A stretch of DNA of 63,573 nt, the filler included, from Craspedostauros australis (taxonomy: Eukaryota): NCBI GenBank assembly GCA_030167865.1. It is 8 parts of 8 records of this genome, joined end to end, with 100 filler letters (N's around TTAATTAATTAA, not from the genome) between each part and the next. Parts side by side here need not be neighbours in the genome. Positions count along the whole stretch, not along the records: positions 1 to 3,414 come from JALAGF010002112.1; positions 3,515 to 7,089 come from JALAGF010002113.1; positions 7,190 to 36,695 come from JALAGF010002115.1; 5 more parts are not named here. One strand, 5' to 3'. Below are positions 1 to 11,586 of this stretch, one piece after another. The translations under genes were made by a program, and so were the position numbers. Position 1 is the stretch's first letter; every line of letters starts with the position of its first letter. Under the pieces are notes generated by a model. The model was not told the origin of the DNA. It worked only from the letters and a program-made list of their open reading frames with translations, and did not search any database.

Positions 1-28
1 TGCCAAAGAGTACGCAAACGCGCAACAT

Positions 29-1414
29 TCAGATACATGAACGTACCATGATCCCGAATGCAAAGAATTTGGTCATCGTGAGCTGCACCACATTGAGCAA
101 GGTGAATGTGGTGAAGACGTGTCGCGCCGTGAGTTCATTTCCGCTGTACACGTGCACCAAGAAGATGACAGCGGACACGGTCGTATTGGCAGCGAAGAAG
201 ATGGCTTCGTTCCATGCCTTGAGCTTGGTCGCGTCTTGAATCGCGGATGTCTCCTTCTGTCGCAAATCCTTGATCTTGTTGAGGAAGGCCAGTTCCCACC
301 CCATCATCTTGACGACGCGAATGCCGGCGATGACCTGCGATACCATGGTGACGCGGCTGTCCGTGATCTGCGCGATCTTGGAACGGAAGTGTACAAAGCG
401 GATGCCGAGGTAGAACTGCACGATGATGAAACAGAAGAGCAGGACGTAGCCTGCCGCGAAGGCTGGGCCGACGGATAGGATCCCGATGATGAGCACCGCC
501 ACGGCTTCCATCGGACCCCAGAATATGTGCAGAAGGAAGACCGTGGACAAGATGAAGCGCTCCACGTCGTTGGAGGCCAGGTTCATGACCTGCCCGGAGT
601 TGGTCTCGTTGGATGAATAGACGCTCTTCAATCGCAAGGTCTTGTCGTAGATGCAAGCGATGGCCGCAATGCGTAGTTGCATGCCGGTCTTCCATGTGTG
701 GAAGAATGCGTTATGGTTCGCGAAGAGCGTGATGAGAGCCGTGATGGCCACAATAGACGCGTAGAGGTAGCCTTCGGTTCGTGAGAGGTTGCCTTCGAAG
801 TATTCGACGAGCTGTCCCAGCGCCAGCGATTGACCAATCCTGGCCACGGAGAGCGTGAGCATCATCGGCTGCACAAACCACATCTTGGCCAACGCGAGCT
901 TGAGGATTGCCATCTTGAGATTGGGCGATCGGCCAGCGGCGGCCGCAATCCGTTGCTCCTGTGCCCACAGATCGTTCATCATTCGGAGGTTGAACTCGGA
1001 CGTCTCCTTCTCTGCCAGATGAGGAAGATCAATCTCCTTCAGGTCCTGGTTCTGCAACCCCTTGTTGAGCAAAGGCATCACCCATGAGAAGGTGAGCCGC
1101 GTCCACAAGGAAGAGCTTTCCAGCAGATTTCGCGGTCGCTGCTCAGTTGCGGCATCGCTGTTGTGAGGATGGGTCTGTGTGTGAGTGTCAGCGTGGGTGT
1201 TTGTATGGATGTTCACATGGATGTTTGCATTTGCAGTTGAACGTGTTTGGGGATCGGTTGGACTGCTTTCTTCGTTGATTCCGCCATCACACATGGTTTC
1301 GCCACCACCGTCTTCTGACATCTCGAAGATCAGATGCAGTGATTTGCCTTGACACTCTGGTGCTGTCTGCTCTGTCGATTTGTTTGGTCCGTTTGTATTG
1401 ATCGTTGCTTGCAA
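29..1414 (-). CDS. ABCC/MRP-type ABC transporter, N-terminal exon (L0 + TMD1); continues past an intron beyond the window start
   Basis: Motifs LTFSWVMPLL, GMQLRIAAIACIYDKTLRL, GQVMNLASNDVERF, TDSRV..GIRVVKMMGWE are typical of ABCC TMD1. Probable donor GTACGT follows FGIM (about position 46). True start codon uncertain (ORF-track start is TTG). Confidence 0.9.
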   Translation of the reverse strand: MQATINTNGPNKSTEQTAPECQGKSLHLIFEMSEDGGGETMCDGGINEESSPTDPQTRSTANANIHVNIHTNTHADTHTQTHPHNSDAATEQRPRNLLESSSLWTRLTFSWVMPLLNKGLQNQDLKEIDLPHLAEKETSEFNLRMMNDLWAQEQRIAAAAGRSPNLKMAILKLALAKMWFVQPMMLTLSVARIGQSLALGQLVEYFEGNLSRTEGYLYASIVAITALITLFANHNAFFHTWKTGMQLRIAAIACIYDKTLRLKSVYSSNETNSGQVMNLASNDVERFILSTVFLLHIFWGPMEAVAVLIIGILSVGPAFAAGYVLLFCFIIVQFYLGIRFVHFRSKIAQITDSRVTMVSQVIAGIRVVKMMGWELAFLNKIKDLRQKETSAIQDATKLKAWNEAIFFAANTTVSAVIFLVHVYSGNELTARHVFTTFTLLNVVQLTMTKFFAFGIMVRSCI

Positions 1415-2488
1415 GGTTGCACGCTATGTGAGCAAGAAGACGTCGAGGTTGGCATCCGCAATTGAGTGCTCCTTCTCTGCCTCTCTGGGCGTGAGCAAGC
1501 TTTTCTTTCCCTCTCTCTCTCTCTCTCTTCTCTCTTTTATGAGCTCTGCTGGTGCTACTCGGTCTCACGATGCACAAGAATGGCTTGGGCAGTTCGTGCC
1601 CTCTCCTGGACGCGAAGACTTTCGATGGGTGGCTCGATTTGTGTGACCGGCAAGGTTGATGACCATTTTTGTGCGCAACCCATGCATCCGTGCATGCTGG
1701 CGCCATGGTGTGCCTCGCGTCTCTTCGTTGATTGCATCAGGGGTCTTTGTGGTGTGGGCAGGAAGCATTGAGGATGCGTTGAGTAGTGTTCCTTTGCCGG
1801 TTGTTGTTGTTGTTGTTGCTCCCATGCAGTGAATGGGAAGAGAGAGACAATGAATGAACGAAGAGACGAAAGAGACAAGAAGGGAAAGATGGGGTGAGAA
1901 CTGTCGCGGCGAGAGCAAAGCATGGCGAATACAACCACCTCCACTCACTTACCTATAATAGTACTCCTCTTTGTTGCCACCATTGCGATGCTGCTCCAGC
2001 CTCCAGCTTGGAGGACAAGCTATCACAGGGAATTTGTTTTTGGGGTTTTGTGTGCCACTCGATGATGTGACTTGCGTCTTGGTTCATCGAGTGGCACAGA
2101 AAAACTCCAAAACATATTCCCATGGTAGCCTGGCCTTCAGGATGGAGGGTGGAGGTGAGGTGTTGACCTGCATGTGTATTGTGTGGACTAATGTCATGCT
2201 GCATCTTTGACCACATGGCTACAACTACACACTAGTGAGAAGCAGCAGCAGCAACAACAACAAAAGGCCATGAGACAGACAAGGTGCCAAGAGGGATCTG
2301 CGCTCTGTTTGCCCTCCACCCAAACAAGCGCTTCTCGTCAAGACAGAGGTGACAATGGGTCACAGGCTGTGCGGTCTCTCGCCTTCCCAACTCGCACCAC
2401 ACCAAAGCAGACAACGACGCATCACAGCAGATCGCGCAGCAAAATAGAATGACAGATTCGATTACAGCAGTCGTAGACTAGATCAAAG

Positions 2489-2802
2489 GGGGGAAGGGAA
2501 AACGGCGTTTTTTTGAATTGCGACTAAGCAAAACGAAAGTCAAAAAGGGATGCGGGCCACCAAATCGCGAAACATTCTTGCCTGTTTTCCAAAACAACTT
2601 GTGTCTTTTCTGGTTATTCTCCTGTTGTGTACACTCTGTATCTTGTTATTTTTTGGCTTTATTCATTCTGGTCCACAGATCCTTCGCCTCTCCAAGCTGA
2701 TTCGAACGAAGAGCAAGAACAGTTGGAAAATAGCAGTAATGGACTCACTTTCTACTCTTTCTGAGTATCGATTCGAAAACAAACACCGTTTTCCCTTCCC
2801 CC
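2489..2802. mobile_element. Putative MITE (non-autonomous DNA transposon), about 314 bp
   Basis: Left end is GGGGGAAGGGAAAACGGCGTTTTTTTGAATTG. The reverse complement of the right end is GGGGGAAGGGAAAACGGTGTTTGTTTTCGAATCG. Direct repeat AAAG flanks both ends (2485-2488, 2803-2806). Interior is AT-rich with no credible gene. Confidence 0.75.
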
Positions 2803-3414
2803 AAAGAGTAGAATCGAGTAGAGTAGAGTACAAGTACAGCATCGTGCGTCACGATCATTGCTCTACATGTACTCTACCTCCTTGCTTCCTTCGTTCGTCG
2901 TTTCCTGTCGTGTTGTGGTGTTCCAGGACTTCTCGCCAACACCACGAATTCTGCGACACGGCTCGATCGCTTTTCATGAGCAATGCGTCTCGGCTTCTCA
3001 CGTTCCTACTCGCGGCTCGTAGATCGTACGATCCTCATACCCAATACCAGCTACTACTATTGCTACTCGTACAAGGTACTGCTCAAACGAGTTATGGAGA
3101 GATGCGAGAGTCGCTCCACTTTTTGTCTTGCGCTGTCTTGCTGACTGTCTGCGAATCCTCCCACGAAGAGGTGACACATAAGGCAGAATCGCGCAAAATC
3201 ACACAGTAATGTTCGTGTGGTGGAATGTCGCACGGTTGGCTAAGCGCATTGTATGCAGTGTTCTCCAGGCATGACGTGCAACATTACGCAGTCAAATCAT
3301 CATCTAACAGCACCCTGCACTCAGATAGACAGAGAGAGAGAGAGAGAGAGAGAGAGCAGTTCACAGAACTCCTCTCTACGACCTATTATAATGTATATCC
3401 TCCGTTTCTGTTGA

Positions 3415-3514
3415 NNNNNNNNNNNNNNNNNNNNNNNNNNNNNNNNNNNNNNNNNNNNTTAATTAATTAANNNNNNNNNNNNNNNNNNNNNNNNNNNNNN
3501 NNNNNNNNNNNNNN
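3415..3514. other. Artificial contig spacer (N-run + TTAATTAATTAA + N-run). Also at 7090-7189, 36696-36795, 40892-40991, 42896-42995, 59785-59884, 62153-62252
   Basis: Seven 100-nt blocks of the same design; the core has stop codons in all six frames. Confidence 0.98.
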
Positions 3515-4974
3515 CTGCTCTTCTGTTTCATCATCGTGCAGTTCTACCTCGGCATCCGCTTTGTACACTTCCGTTCCAAGATCGCGCAGATCACGGACAG
3601 CCGCGTCACCATGGTATCGCAGGTCATCGCCGGCATTCGCGTCGTCAAGATGATGGGGTGGGAACTGGCCTTCCTCAACAAGATCAAGGATTTGCGACAG
3701 AAGGAGACATCCGCGATTCAAGACGCGACCAAGCTCAAGGCATGGAACGAAGCCATCTTCTTCGCTGCCAATACGACCGTGTCCGCTGTCATCTTCTTGG
3801 TGCACGTGTACAGCGGAAATGAACTCACGGCGCGACACGTCTTCACCACATTCACCTTGCTCAATGTGGTGCAGCTCACGATGACCAAATTCTTTGCATT
3901 CGGGATCATGGTACGTTCATGTATCTGAATGTTGCGCGTTTGCGTACTCTTTGGCAGGCAAACGACAACGAGACGGATGATCATCACCATCTTCATCTCC
4001 AGTTGTACTCGCACTCGTGTCATCACACCCAAATCCATACCGCGACGCATCTCACTCCTTGCCATCTTCATCTGCACAACCACGCCAACGCAAACACGCA
4101 CAATCCCTTGTTCTTTCAATCTTTCAACCATGTATCCTTGCGCTTGTCCTGCGTCCTCGCCCATCGTACATGCTACTCGCACCATCCTCAATCAGAACAA
4201 GGCATCGAGCACGCTGGGCACGAACGACTACTTCCTTCAATTGCTCGATGTAACTTGCCATTGGAGCTCATCTGGAGAAACCAGCAAATCAACTCTACCT
4301 GAGTTGGAAAGACCGATGGATGGTGACAAGGGCGAAGCTTCAACGAAAGCTGGCGTCGCGCAGGATGCTGGCGATAAAATGGACAAGACGGCGGTGGCAG
4401 TCGCAAACATCGACATGAACTGCAAACCAGGCGCCATGTACTAGTGTTGTTTTCCGGCTCCACCGTGCGAGAGAACATCGACCCATTCAATCAATTTGAC
4501 GACGATGCCATCAAATCTGCCCTTACCGATGCGCAGATGCGGGACGCAGTGGCGAACCTCCCCGGTGGACTCCAGGCCACCGTCGCGGAGAACGGTTCGA
4601 ATTTCTCTGTCGGCCAACGGCAGCTTCTCTGTCTCGCGAGAACCATTCTGAGGAAAACGAAAATACTCGTGCTTGATGAGCCATCGGCCAACGTCGACAA
4701 TGAAACAGACCTCCTGCTTCAAGAAGCCGTGTCAGCGAACTTCAAGGATTCCACAATCATCGCCATTGCTCATCGTCTGGATACCGTAATCGAGTACGAC
4801 AAGATCATCGTGCTCAGCAGCGGGCACATCGTCGAGTTCGACACACCAATCAACCTCATCGAGAAAGGGGGAGACTTCTCGCAGATGGTGAAAGACACTG
4901 GCCACAGGAGTTCCGAGACCCTGACCAAACGAGCGAGCATGCAAAGTGCAGACTTCAAAACGAAGGAAGAATAA
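3515..4974 (+). pseudogene. Internally deleted ABCC transporter copy (end of TMD1, intron, start of NBD1, joined out of frame to the C-terminal half of NBD2)
   Basis: 3515-3956 is the reverse complement of 1-442. The downstream exon reads DVTCHW..VAVANIDMNCKPGAMY* and switches frame at about 4444 to LFSGSTVRENIDPF..NFSVGQRQLLCLAR..LVLDEPSANVD..IAHRL. No Walker A and no TMD2. Confidence 0.75.
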
Positions 4975-5954
4975 ACACCAGATAAAACACGAGCAAGCCA
5001 ATAGAGCGGAGTAAAGACGTGTCGAAGCACAACCACGAGCACTGTGCACTTTCCTTGAGTGGAAGCATGTTGCGGTTCGGTACCAATACATGCACGTACA
5101 TGCTTCAAATGGCATCAGATTTGCGTCGTTGCCACTCGCCGGAACAAAATGTGACCAAGTGCAGAATTGATGGTCTGTGGGTTACGGTACGTCACTACTG
5201 TGCGCGGAATTATGACGCAGGGCGGCCGCGATTGATTTTTGTTCTCGTCTTTCGCTTTATTCGCACAATGCTCCTGACTGACATGCCAAGATCACGGTGC
5301 TTCGCAATTTGTTTTCGCACACACAAGCTATGAAGGTCTCACCAACGCCCACAATTGCATCTCTCCAAATCATGGCACAGCTATACTACCATAAATACAC
5401 CACCGAAATGGATTTCGCTCTTGTCCTCCCAAGCAGTTTGTGTCCACCAGCCGGTGTGGATTGAATCTGATGGCACGAAAGCAGCCCAGGGCAGGTTGGT
5501 ATCGCGAAGTCTCTTCGGGCTGGGAGAGATGAAGAGCGTACGGGAATTTTGATTCGAGACAAGCAGCGCAATGCAATCAGCTCCAAGAAGAATTGCGAGG
5601 GCGACGACGATCGTTCAAAAATGCAACTATCAACTAATTCTAGGATCCTCAGCTTTCGCGATACACCTCGCCCATCTTTATTCTGTCTCGCTCATCGCGG
5701 AGTAGTCGTCGCAAAGGCGATTATGGGCATGGCGTATGCGCGCACACCACGTCTCCTGCGGAAGAGAGCACAGAGTATGCGAAATCAACTTCCGTTGCAA
5801 TCCGCCGTCATGCGAGATCATGAATTCCAGCACTGGGTACGAGCATGTTGCCTTGGCTTTGTTTGTGACTGGTACTACTATAATGTGAATGCTGTAGATT
5901 CTCTTGCACCAATCTGCGATGGCTTTCTCTCATCAATCCAATTGGGGGAGTGCA

Positions 5955-7089
5955 CTAATAAATGCCCGTCGACTGTCCCCACTCTGTTGATGCAATGTAG
6001 TTCTCCAATTCACCGCCCAAGTACACCGACGCGGCACTCACCAAGAGCACAGCCCACAGCGGTGCCGACTTCGTTGTCTTGTTCACACTCAAAGCGAATG
6101 GAACCGTGTACGAAAAGAAACCGAAGCATGAGGTCATCAGATGCAAGGCCTGGATGCCGGTGGACTGGATGCGGGATGCATTTCTCACGATGTTGAATGA
6201 CTGCACGAAGTACAGCCATGGCCAGTGGCTGCCGAAGGTGCTTCCCACAGCATACGCACCAAGGCCGGATGCCAATCCTTGGCATGAGAACACGATCGGC
6301 TTGATCGATTGGCTCCATCCCAAGGTGACCGGTACCAACGCCACCAGCACCGTCGGGAGGAAGGCCAGTGCGACTTTCTTGGTGTTTGTTGGCGTGACGG
6401 CGGCAGCCAGGCCACTCATGCCGCCGCACAGTCCCAGGCAGAAAACGAAGTTCGTCCATCCCGACGATGACTCTGACTTGGGAAGGTACACCCATCCGTC
6501 GAATTCGTGACCGACGATCTCGGAGAAGTTGCCGATGATGGTGATGGTTGCACCCAGACCCCAGAAGATGTCGGACAGCATCTGATCCCGGCTCGTCCAG
6601 CTTTCTGACTTTTCCGTCTGCTTCGTATCAGCCTTGCTGCTGCTGCTGTCCTTGGTGACGGTGGCGTCGGCAGCGTCTCCCTTCTTGAGGGCCATCAAGG
6701 CTGGGCGCAGGATGGAGACCATGGAGAGCGGCGTCAGGCTGTTGAAGAGATGGACTGCGCACAATATCGGCCACAACGGCTTGTTCAGACGTTCGTCGAG
6801 TCTGGATTCCATGAGTGGCTCCAGTTGAAAAGAGACGGCGAGTGATGCTAGGAAGCACAAGTCGATGGACTGGACCCATTCCATGGTGAGAGCGGAGCTT
6901 CTGAGGGTCTGCACGGCACCGTAGATGTAGGCGATGGCCATGATGGGCATGGTGACCTTCCAGGAGCGCAGACCCTCCAGGTCATTAGGCAGTTCGGCAT
7001 CGTCGAGGTTGTCGTTCCTCTTTTTGATGGTCCCGATGGCAGCTGCCACCACGACGAGGATGACCGTGTTGAATGTTGCAGTCGTCGAC
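5955..7089 (-). CDS. Uncharacterised multi-pass membrane protein (5' end cut by contig end)
   Basis: At least 365-aa ORF open to the gap, with many hydrophobic segments and coding-like codon usage; family not recognised. Confidence 0.65.
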
Positions 7090-8219
7090 NNNNNNNNNNN
7101 NNNNNNNNNNNNNNNNNNNNNNNNNNNNNNNNNTTAATTAATTAANNNNNNNNNNNNNNNNNNNNNNNNNNNNNNNNNNNNNNNNNNNNTTCGACATCGT
7201 AATCGCTCTCTATCGCTCCATGCACCCCTCATTCGGAATGCTAGTTTCATCATCACTAGCATCTCAACAAAATGTCATTGTCACGACAAGGACGACTCAA
7301 CATTTCTGCAAATGAAGAGAAATGATTGGCCATTCGTTTCGTTCCAACACGTGGAAGGNNNNNNTGCCGGGACTGCAATGTGAAACTCAATTGTGTTTTT
7401 GGCTCCTAAAACGCAATCGAGTTTCACTTTCCGAGGGGGAAGTTCGCATGTTGCCCCTCTAAAAATGTCATTATCAGGTTATTTTGTACCGTGGGACTCC
7501 CAATGTGAAATGCGATAGGCCTCTATTGTGTGTTGATTGTGGGAGTGCGGTTGGGTGTGGTTGGTGCCATTTTGGCGCGTTGTGGATGTTGGCGTGTTGT
7601 TTTGTGAAGAATTGAGCGTGTCCTCAACGCAAGTGTTGGGAGAAAAGATGGTCCTTCCTGCGTATTTTGTTCCGAGCAGGAACAACAAGATGGAATTGTG
7701 TTGTTGTTCTGTTGTGTTCTGGTCTGCATTCCTGATTCCCTTCTTCTTCTCTACAACCTTTGATTCAAACAAGTCGAACAAATCCAAAGACTCAAACCTG
7801 ATCCAAAAACAACAACACTCGGACACGGATTCTCATTCTTCCAACACACACAGAAACACAAACACACACACACAAACGAATACCCGACAAAACCTGAAAC
7901 TCTGCCAACATCGAAGAGAGGGCAAAGCAAAACCTGAGAATTGTGGATGACCATCGTTCCATCTTTCGAGTGTTGCTCTGTTTCCATCATGTCAACAACC
8001 CACGAGTGCAACCACGAGAATGTACGAATATGATCATGAACATCTGCATCCACCGATTCAGCAGCAATGAGCTCAGCCATTGATTCTGTCATAATCCTGT
8101 GTCCAGCCAACTAACAAACCAACCAATCAACCAATCAACCAATCAACCACGAACACCAACACGATCGCAAACATCGCATCAACACAGATAACGTCTGACG
8201 GTACATCAAGGACCTAAAC

Positions 8220-9047
8220 ATGACAAGCTATGAGGCAAGGACACGTGATGAGTTGATCCTAAATCGACTCAAAAACTCTAAGATTTCACACGTAAACACG
8301 GTCGGGCGTGGCCGCGACGGCTATCGCTGTCAGTCATTCTTCATGGGCAATCCGAAGTTTCATCACGACGGAATTGAAGGTCGGCAGCCGCACGAAGTCG
8401 TCCTCCACAGACCGATATTGAACTGCATAGAATTTAATGTCTTCGTCTACACAACAGGAAACGGTAGCGGCAGGACCACTGAGCTCGCTGCGAGTGCGAC
8501 CTTGCGAGGTGGCATCCTCAGCATCGTCACTACAGCAGACAAGGACATATCTCCCGAGATTAAAGGGTGGTACCGAATACAGGCATGTATAGAGAAGCTC
8601 AAGGCTCTTTTGGATGAAGCCATCAAAGAAAATCCAACAGCCCTCCGCACCATCATCAACGCGATGAATGACTGCAGGGAGCCCAAAGCACGTGATGAAC
8701 GTCAAGCAAGACTCGAGCGTGTTCGAATCGTGTACTGTATTGACGATGCACACAATTGCCCAAATCTGATAACGGGAATCGTACGCGAGCCAATTGACAT
8801 AGGCGACAAGATGGGATGGTACATCGCGAGCGGATGTGATGGCAAGCTGGGAGGGCATTGGAAGACAGAGCGAAAGATTACTGTCGTCTTCTCTGTGGTT
8901 GGCACAGGGCAATACGGAAGGTCTGCCGGATCCCTTCCTTCATATTATGGTTGTTTCACACCAAGCTGGCAGGAGCCGAACAAGACGTCGTCGGATTCAT
9001 CGTCGGATTCATCGTCGGATTCGTCGTCGGATTCGTCGTCAGACTAG
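8220..9047 (+). CDS. N-terminally truncated paralog of the degenerate P-loop NTPase-like protein; (SSDS)n tail
   Basis: 275-aa ORF near-identical to the C-terminal half of 10027-11586; contains TGNGSGRT and VYCIDDA; 12-bp repeat at 8988-9044. Confidence 0.65.
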   Translation: MTSYEARTRDELILNRLKNSKISHVNTVGRGRDGYRCQSFFMGNPKFHHDGIEGRQPHEVVLHRPILNCIEFNVFVYTTGNGSGRTTELAASATLRGGILSIVTTADKDISPEIKGWYRIQACIEKLKALLDEAIKENPTALRTIINAMNDCREPKARDERQARLERVRIVYCIDDAHNCPNLITGIVREPIDIGDKMGWYIASGCDGKLGGHWKTERKITVVFSVVGTGQYGRSAGSLPSYYGCFTPSWQEPNKTSSDSSSDSSSDSSSDSSSD

Positions 9048-10026
9048 AGTATTTCAACCTTCTCTGTACTCTTGAGTACCCTTTTCCAAGCACAAGGTGA
9101 AGGATCAGGTCATGCCTGGGAATCTCCGAATCGATGGTGCGAGAGAGACTCAGAGGGAATCGCTGCAGAATGCTTCACTTGAAGAATCCAAACAATCCTG
9201 ACCAGCATCCTCTCACCATGCTTCGTGCGGTACTTTGTGCTGCGGCAGAGAAACTGAGTTCGAATGAGCATAATCATGAAATGTTGTTGCCATGTGAAAC
9301 GAATAACTTCGTTAGATACTATACTCAACATTAACGATCACAAGTGTTTGGTATTTCTACAATAGAAGCGAGAGGATGAACAAGCACTCGTGAGATGGCA
9401 TCTCTATATTTAATTTATAGACTCTTCTTTCGCGTCTGCTCGTCGGCCGTTCGCAGACTCTATCGCCAACTTTGTTGTTGTTGCTTGTTGCATTGGTGGT
9501 GGGCTGGCCAGTTGCGCGCCACGGATTGTTACCTACGAGCATGCCAGATCAGAATTCCAGATTCCCTCTTTCCTCTCTTTCAAACAATGATACAAACAAG
9601 TCGAACTATTCCAAAGCCTCAAATCCAATCACGTTTCGATGCCAATGGGAGTGTATCGTGGATCCAAGAACACCAAAACTCGGACACGGATTCTCATTCT
9701 TCCAACACACACACAGAAACGCAAACACAAACAAACGAATACCCCACAAAACCTGAAACTCCGCCAACATCGAAGAGAGGGCAAAGCAAAACCCGAGAAT
9801 TGTGGATGACCATCGTTTCATCTCTCGAGTGTTGTTCTATTTCCATCATGTCAACAACCCACGAGTGTGACCGCGAGAATGTACGAGTATGATCATGAGC
9901 ATCTGTATCCACCGATTCAGGAACAATGAGCCATGATCCTGTGCCCACAACTCTTCACCAACAAACCAATCAATCAACCACGAACACCAACACGATCGTA
10001 AACACCAACACAAAGGATCCACCACC

Positions 10027-11586
10027 ATGAGCCATCTCGCTTCCCTCATCCCGAAATCAAAGGGATTGACGATGGTGATGCTTGCGACGACGATGATCAT
10101 GATCATCATGAGCCCCGCGATGGCATTCACTACCCCACACCCGTGGCTGTCGCCGTCCTTCGCCTCCCGTTCCATCGCTCCGATGTCTTCCACATCATCT
10201 CCCTCATCATCACCAACGACAACGAACCATCGCATTCTCCTCCATCAACACCAACTACAGCTGCAACAGCAACAGCATCAACGCCGAACGTTCCTTGGTT
10301 CCGGCTTTTGCCTGTCACTGGCCACTGGAGACGGAACCAAAGGCAACCCTGACAATGATGCCGAGATTCGTGACACCAACGACGAAACAGACCAGGCACA
10401 AGCCGCATCCACCATTCCAACGGATATCAGCAAGTATGAGGGCACCTTCAAAGATTACAAATTCTGGAGATGCCATACCAGCGATGAAGATGTCAAGGAC
10501 ATGCTCAATTGGAGTGTGTTGGGGTCGGGAGATCCCACGGGCGCACTTTGGGATCCATTGATTGCGACCAGGAAGAGGATCATCGAAGTTGTAAAGGATA
10601 GTTTGTCCACACCCTCCTCATTGCAGAGTTTCTCATGTGGGTGGCAGATTTCTGATGAGACAAACCCAATGATACAATGGATCGCCGATGACACACTCGT
10701 CCAACGTACATATGACAGCTCGTGGTACAAACGTGCATATGCCACCCTACGGTACATCAACGCGGACTACGTCTGGGGGTACATCAAGTACCTAAGCATG
10801 GAATGGTGTGACATAAACACACGTAATGAATTCATCCGAGATCGACTCAGGTCCTTTAAGATTTCGCATGTCGACACGGTCACGCATGACCGCGACTATC
10901 GCTGTCCGTCGTTCTTCATGGGCAATCCGAAGTTTCATCACGACGGAATTGACGGTCGGCAGCCGCACGAAGTCGTCCTCTGCAGACCGAATTTGCATGG
11001 CATAGAAGATTATGTCTTCGTCTACACAACAGGAAACGGTAGCGGCAGGACCACTGAGCTCGCTGCGAGTGCGACCTTGCGAGGTGGCATCCTCAGCATC
11101 GTCACTACAGCAGACAAGGACATATCTCCCGAGATTAAAGGGCGGGAACGAGAACAGGCATGTATAGAGAAGCTCAAGGCTCTTTTGGATGAAGCCATCA
11201 AAGAAAATCCAACAGCCCTCCGCGTCATCATCAACGCGATGAATGACTGCAGGGAGCCCAAAGCACGTGATGAACGTCAAGCAAGACTCGAGCGTGTTCG
11301 AATTGTGTTCTGTATTGACGATGCACACAATTGCCCAAATCTGATAACGGGAATCGTACGCGAGCCACTGGACATAGGCGACAAGATGGGATGGTACATC
11401 GCGAGCGGATGTGATGGCAAGCTGGGAGGGAATTGCAAGACAGAGCGAAAGATTAATGTCGTCTTCTCTGTGGTTGGCACAGGGCAATACGGAAGGTCTG
11501 CCGGATCCCTTCCTTCATATTATGGTCGTTTCACACCAAGCTGGCAGAAGTTGGACAAGACGTCGTCGGATTCATCGTCAGACTAG
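10027..11586 (+). CDS. Putative plastid-targeted or secreted protein with a degenerate P-loop NTPase-like domain
   Basis: Hydrophobic signal ends AMA-F and is followed by an S/T-rich transit-like stretch. Walker A-like YTTGNGSGRT and Walker B-like VFCIDDA are present. Confidence 0.75.
   Translation: MSHLASLIPKSKGLTMVMLATTMIMIIMSPAMAFTTPHPWLSPSFASRSIAPMSSTSSPSSSPTTTNHRILLHQHQLQLQQQQHQRRTFLGSGFCLSLATGDGTKGNPDNDAEIRDTNDETDQAQAASTIPTDISKYEGTFKDYKFWRCHTSDEDVKDMLNWSVLGSGDPTGALWDPLIATRKRIIEVVKDSLSTPSSLQSFSCGWQISDETNPMIQWIADDTLVQRTYDSSWYKRAYATLRYINADYVWGYIKYLSMEWCDINTRNEFIRDRLRSFKISHVDTVTHDRDYRCPSFFMGNPKFHHDGIDGRQPHEVVLCRPNLHGIEDYVFVYTTGNGSGRTTELAASATLRGGILSIVTTADKDISPEIKGREREQACIEKLKALLDEAIKENPTALRVIINAMNDCREPKARDERQARLERVRIVFCIDDAHNCPNLITGIVREPLDIGDKMGWYIASGCDGKLGGNCKTERKINVVFSVVGTGQYGRSAGSLPSYYGRFTPSWQKLDKTSSDSSSD

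Noticed and set aside
2550..3209. 219-aa ORF overlapping the MITE
   Set aside because: No transposase or other motifs, crosses the TIR boundary, non-coding composition.
3329..3357. (AG)n/(CT)n and (CAA)n tracts throughout the window
   Set aside because: Ordinary microsatellites.
8988..9044. 12-bp tandem repeat as a possible CRISPR-like array
   Set aside because: No spacers; it is a coding SSDS repeat.
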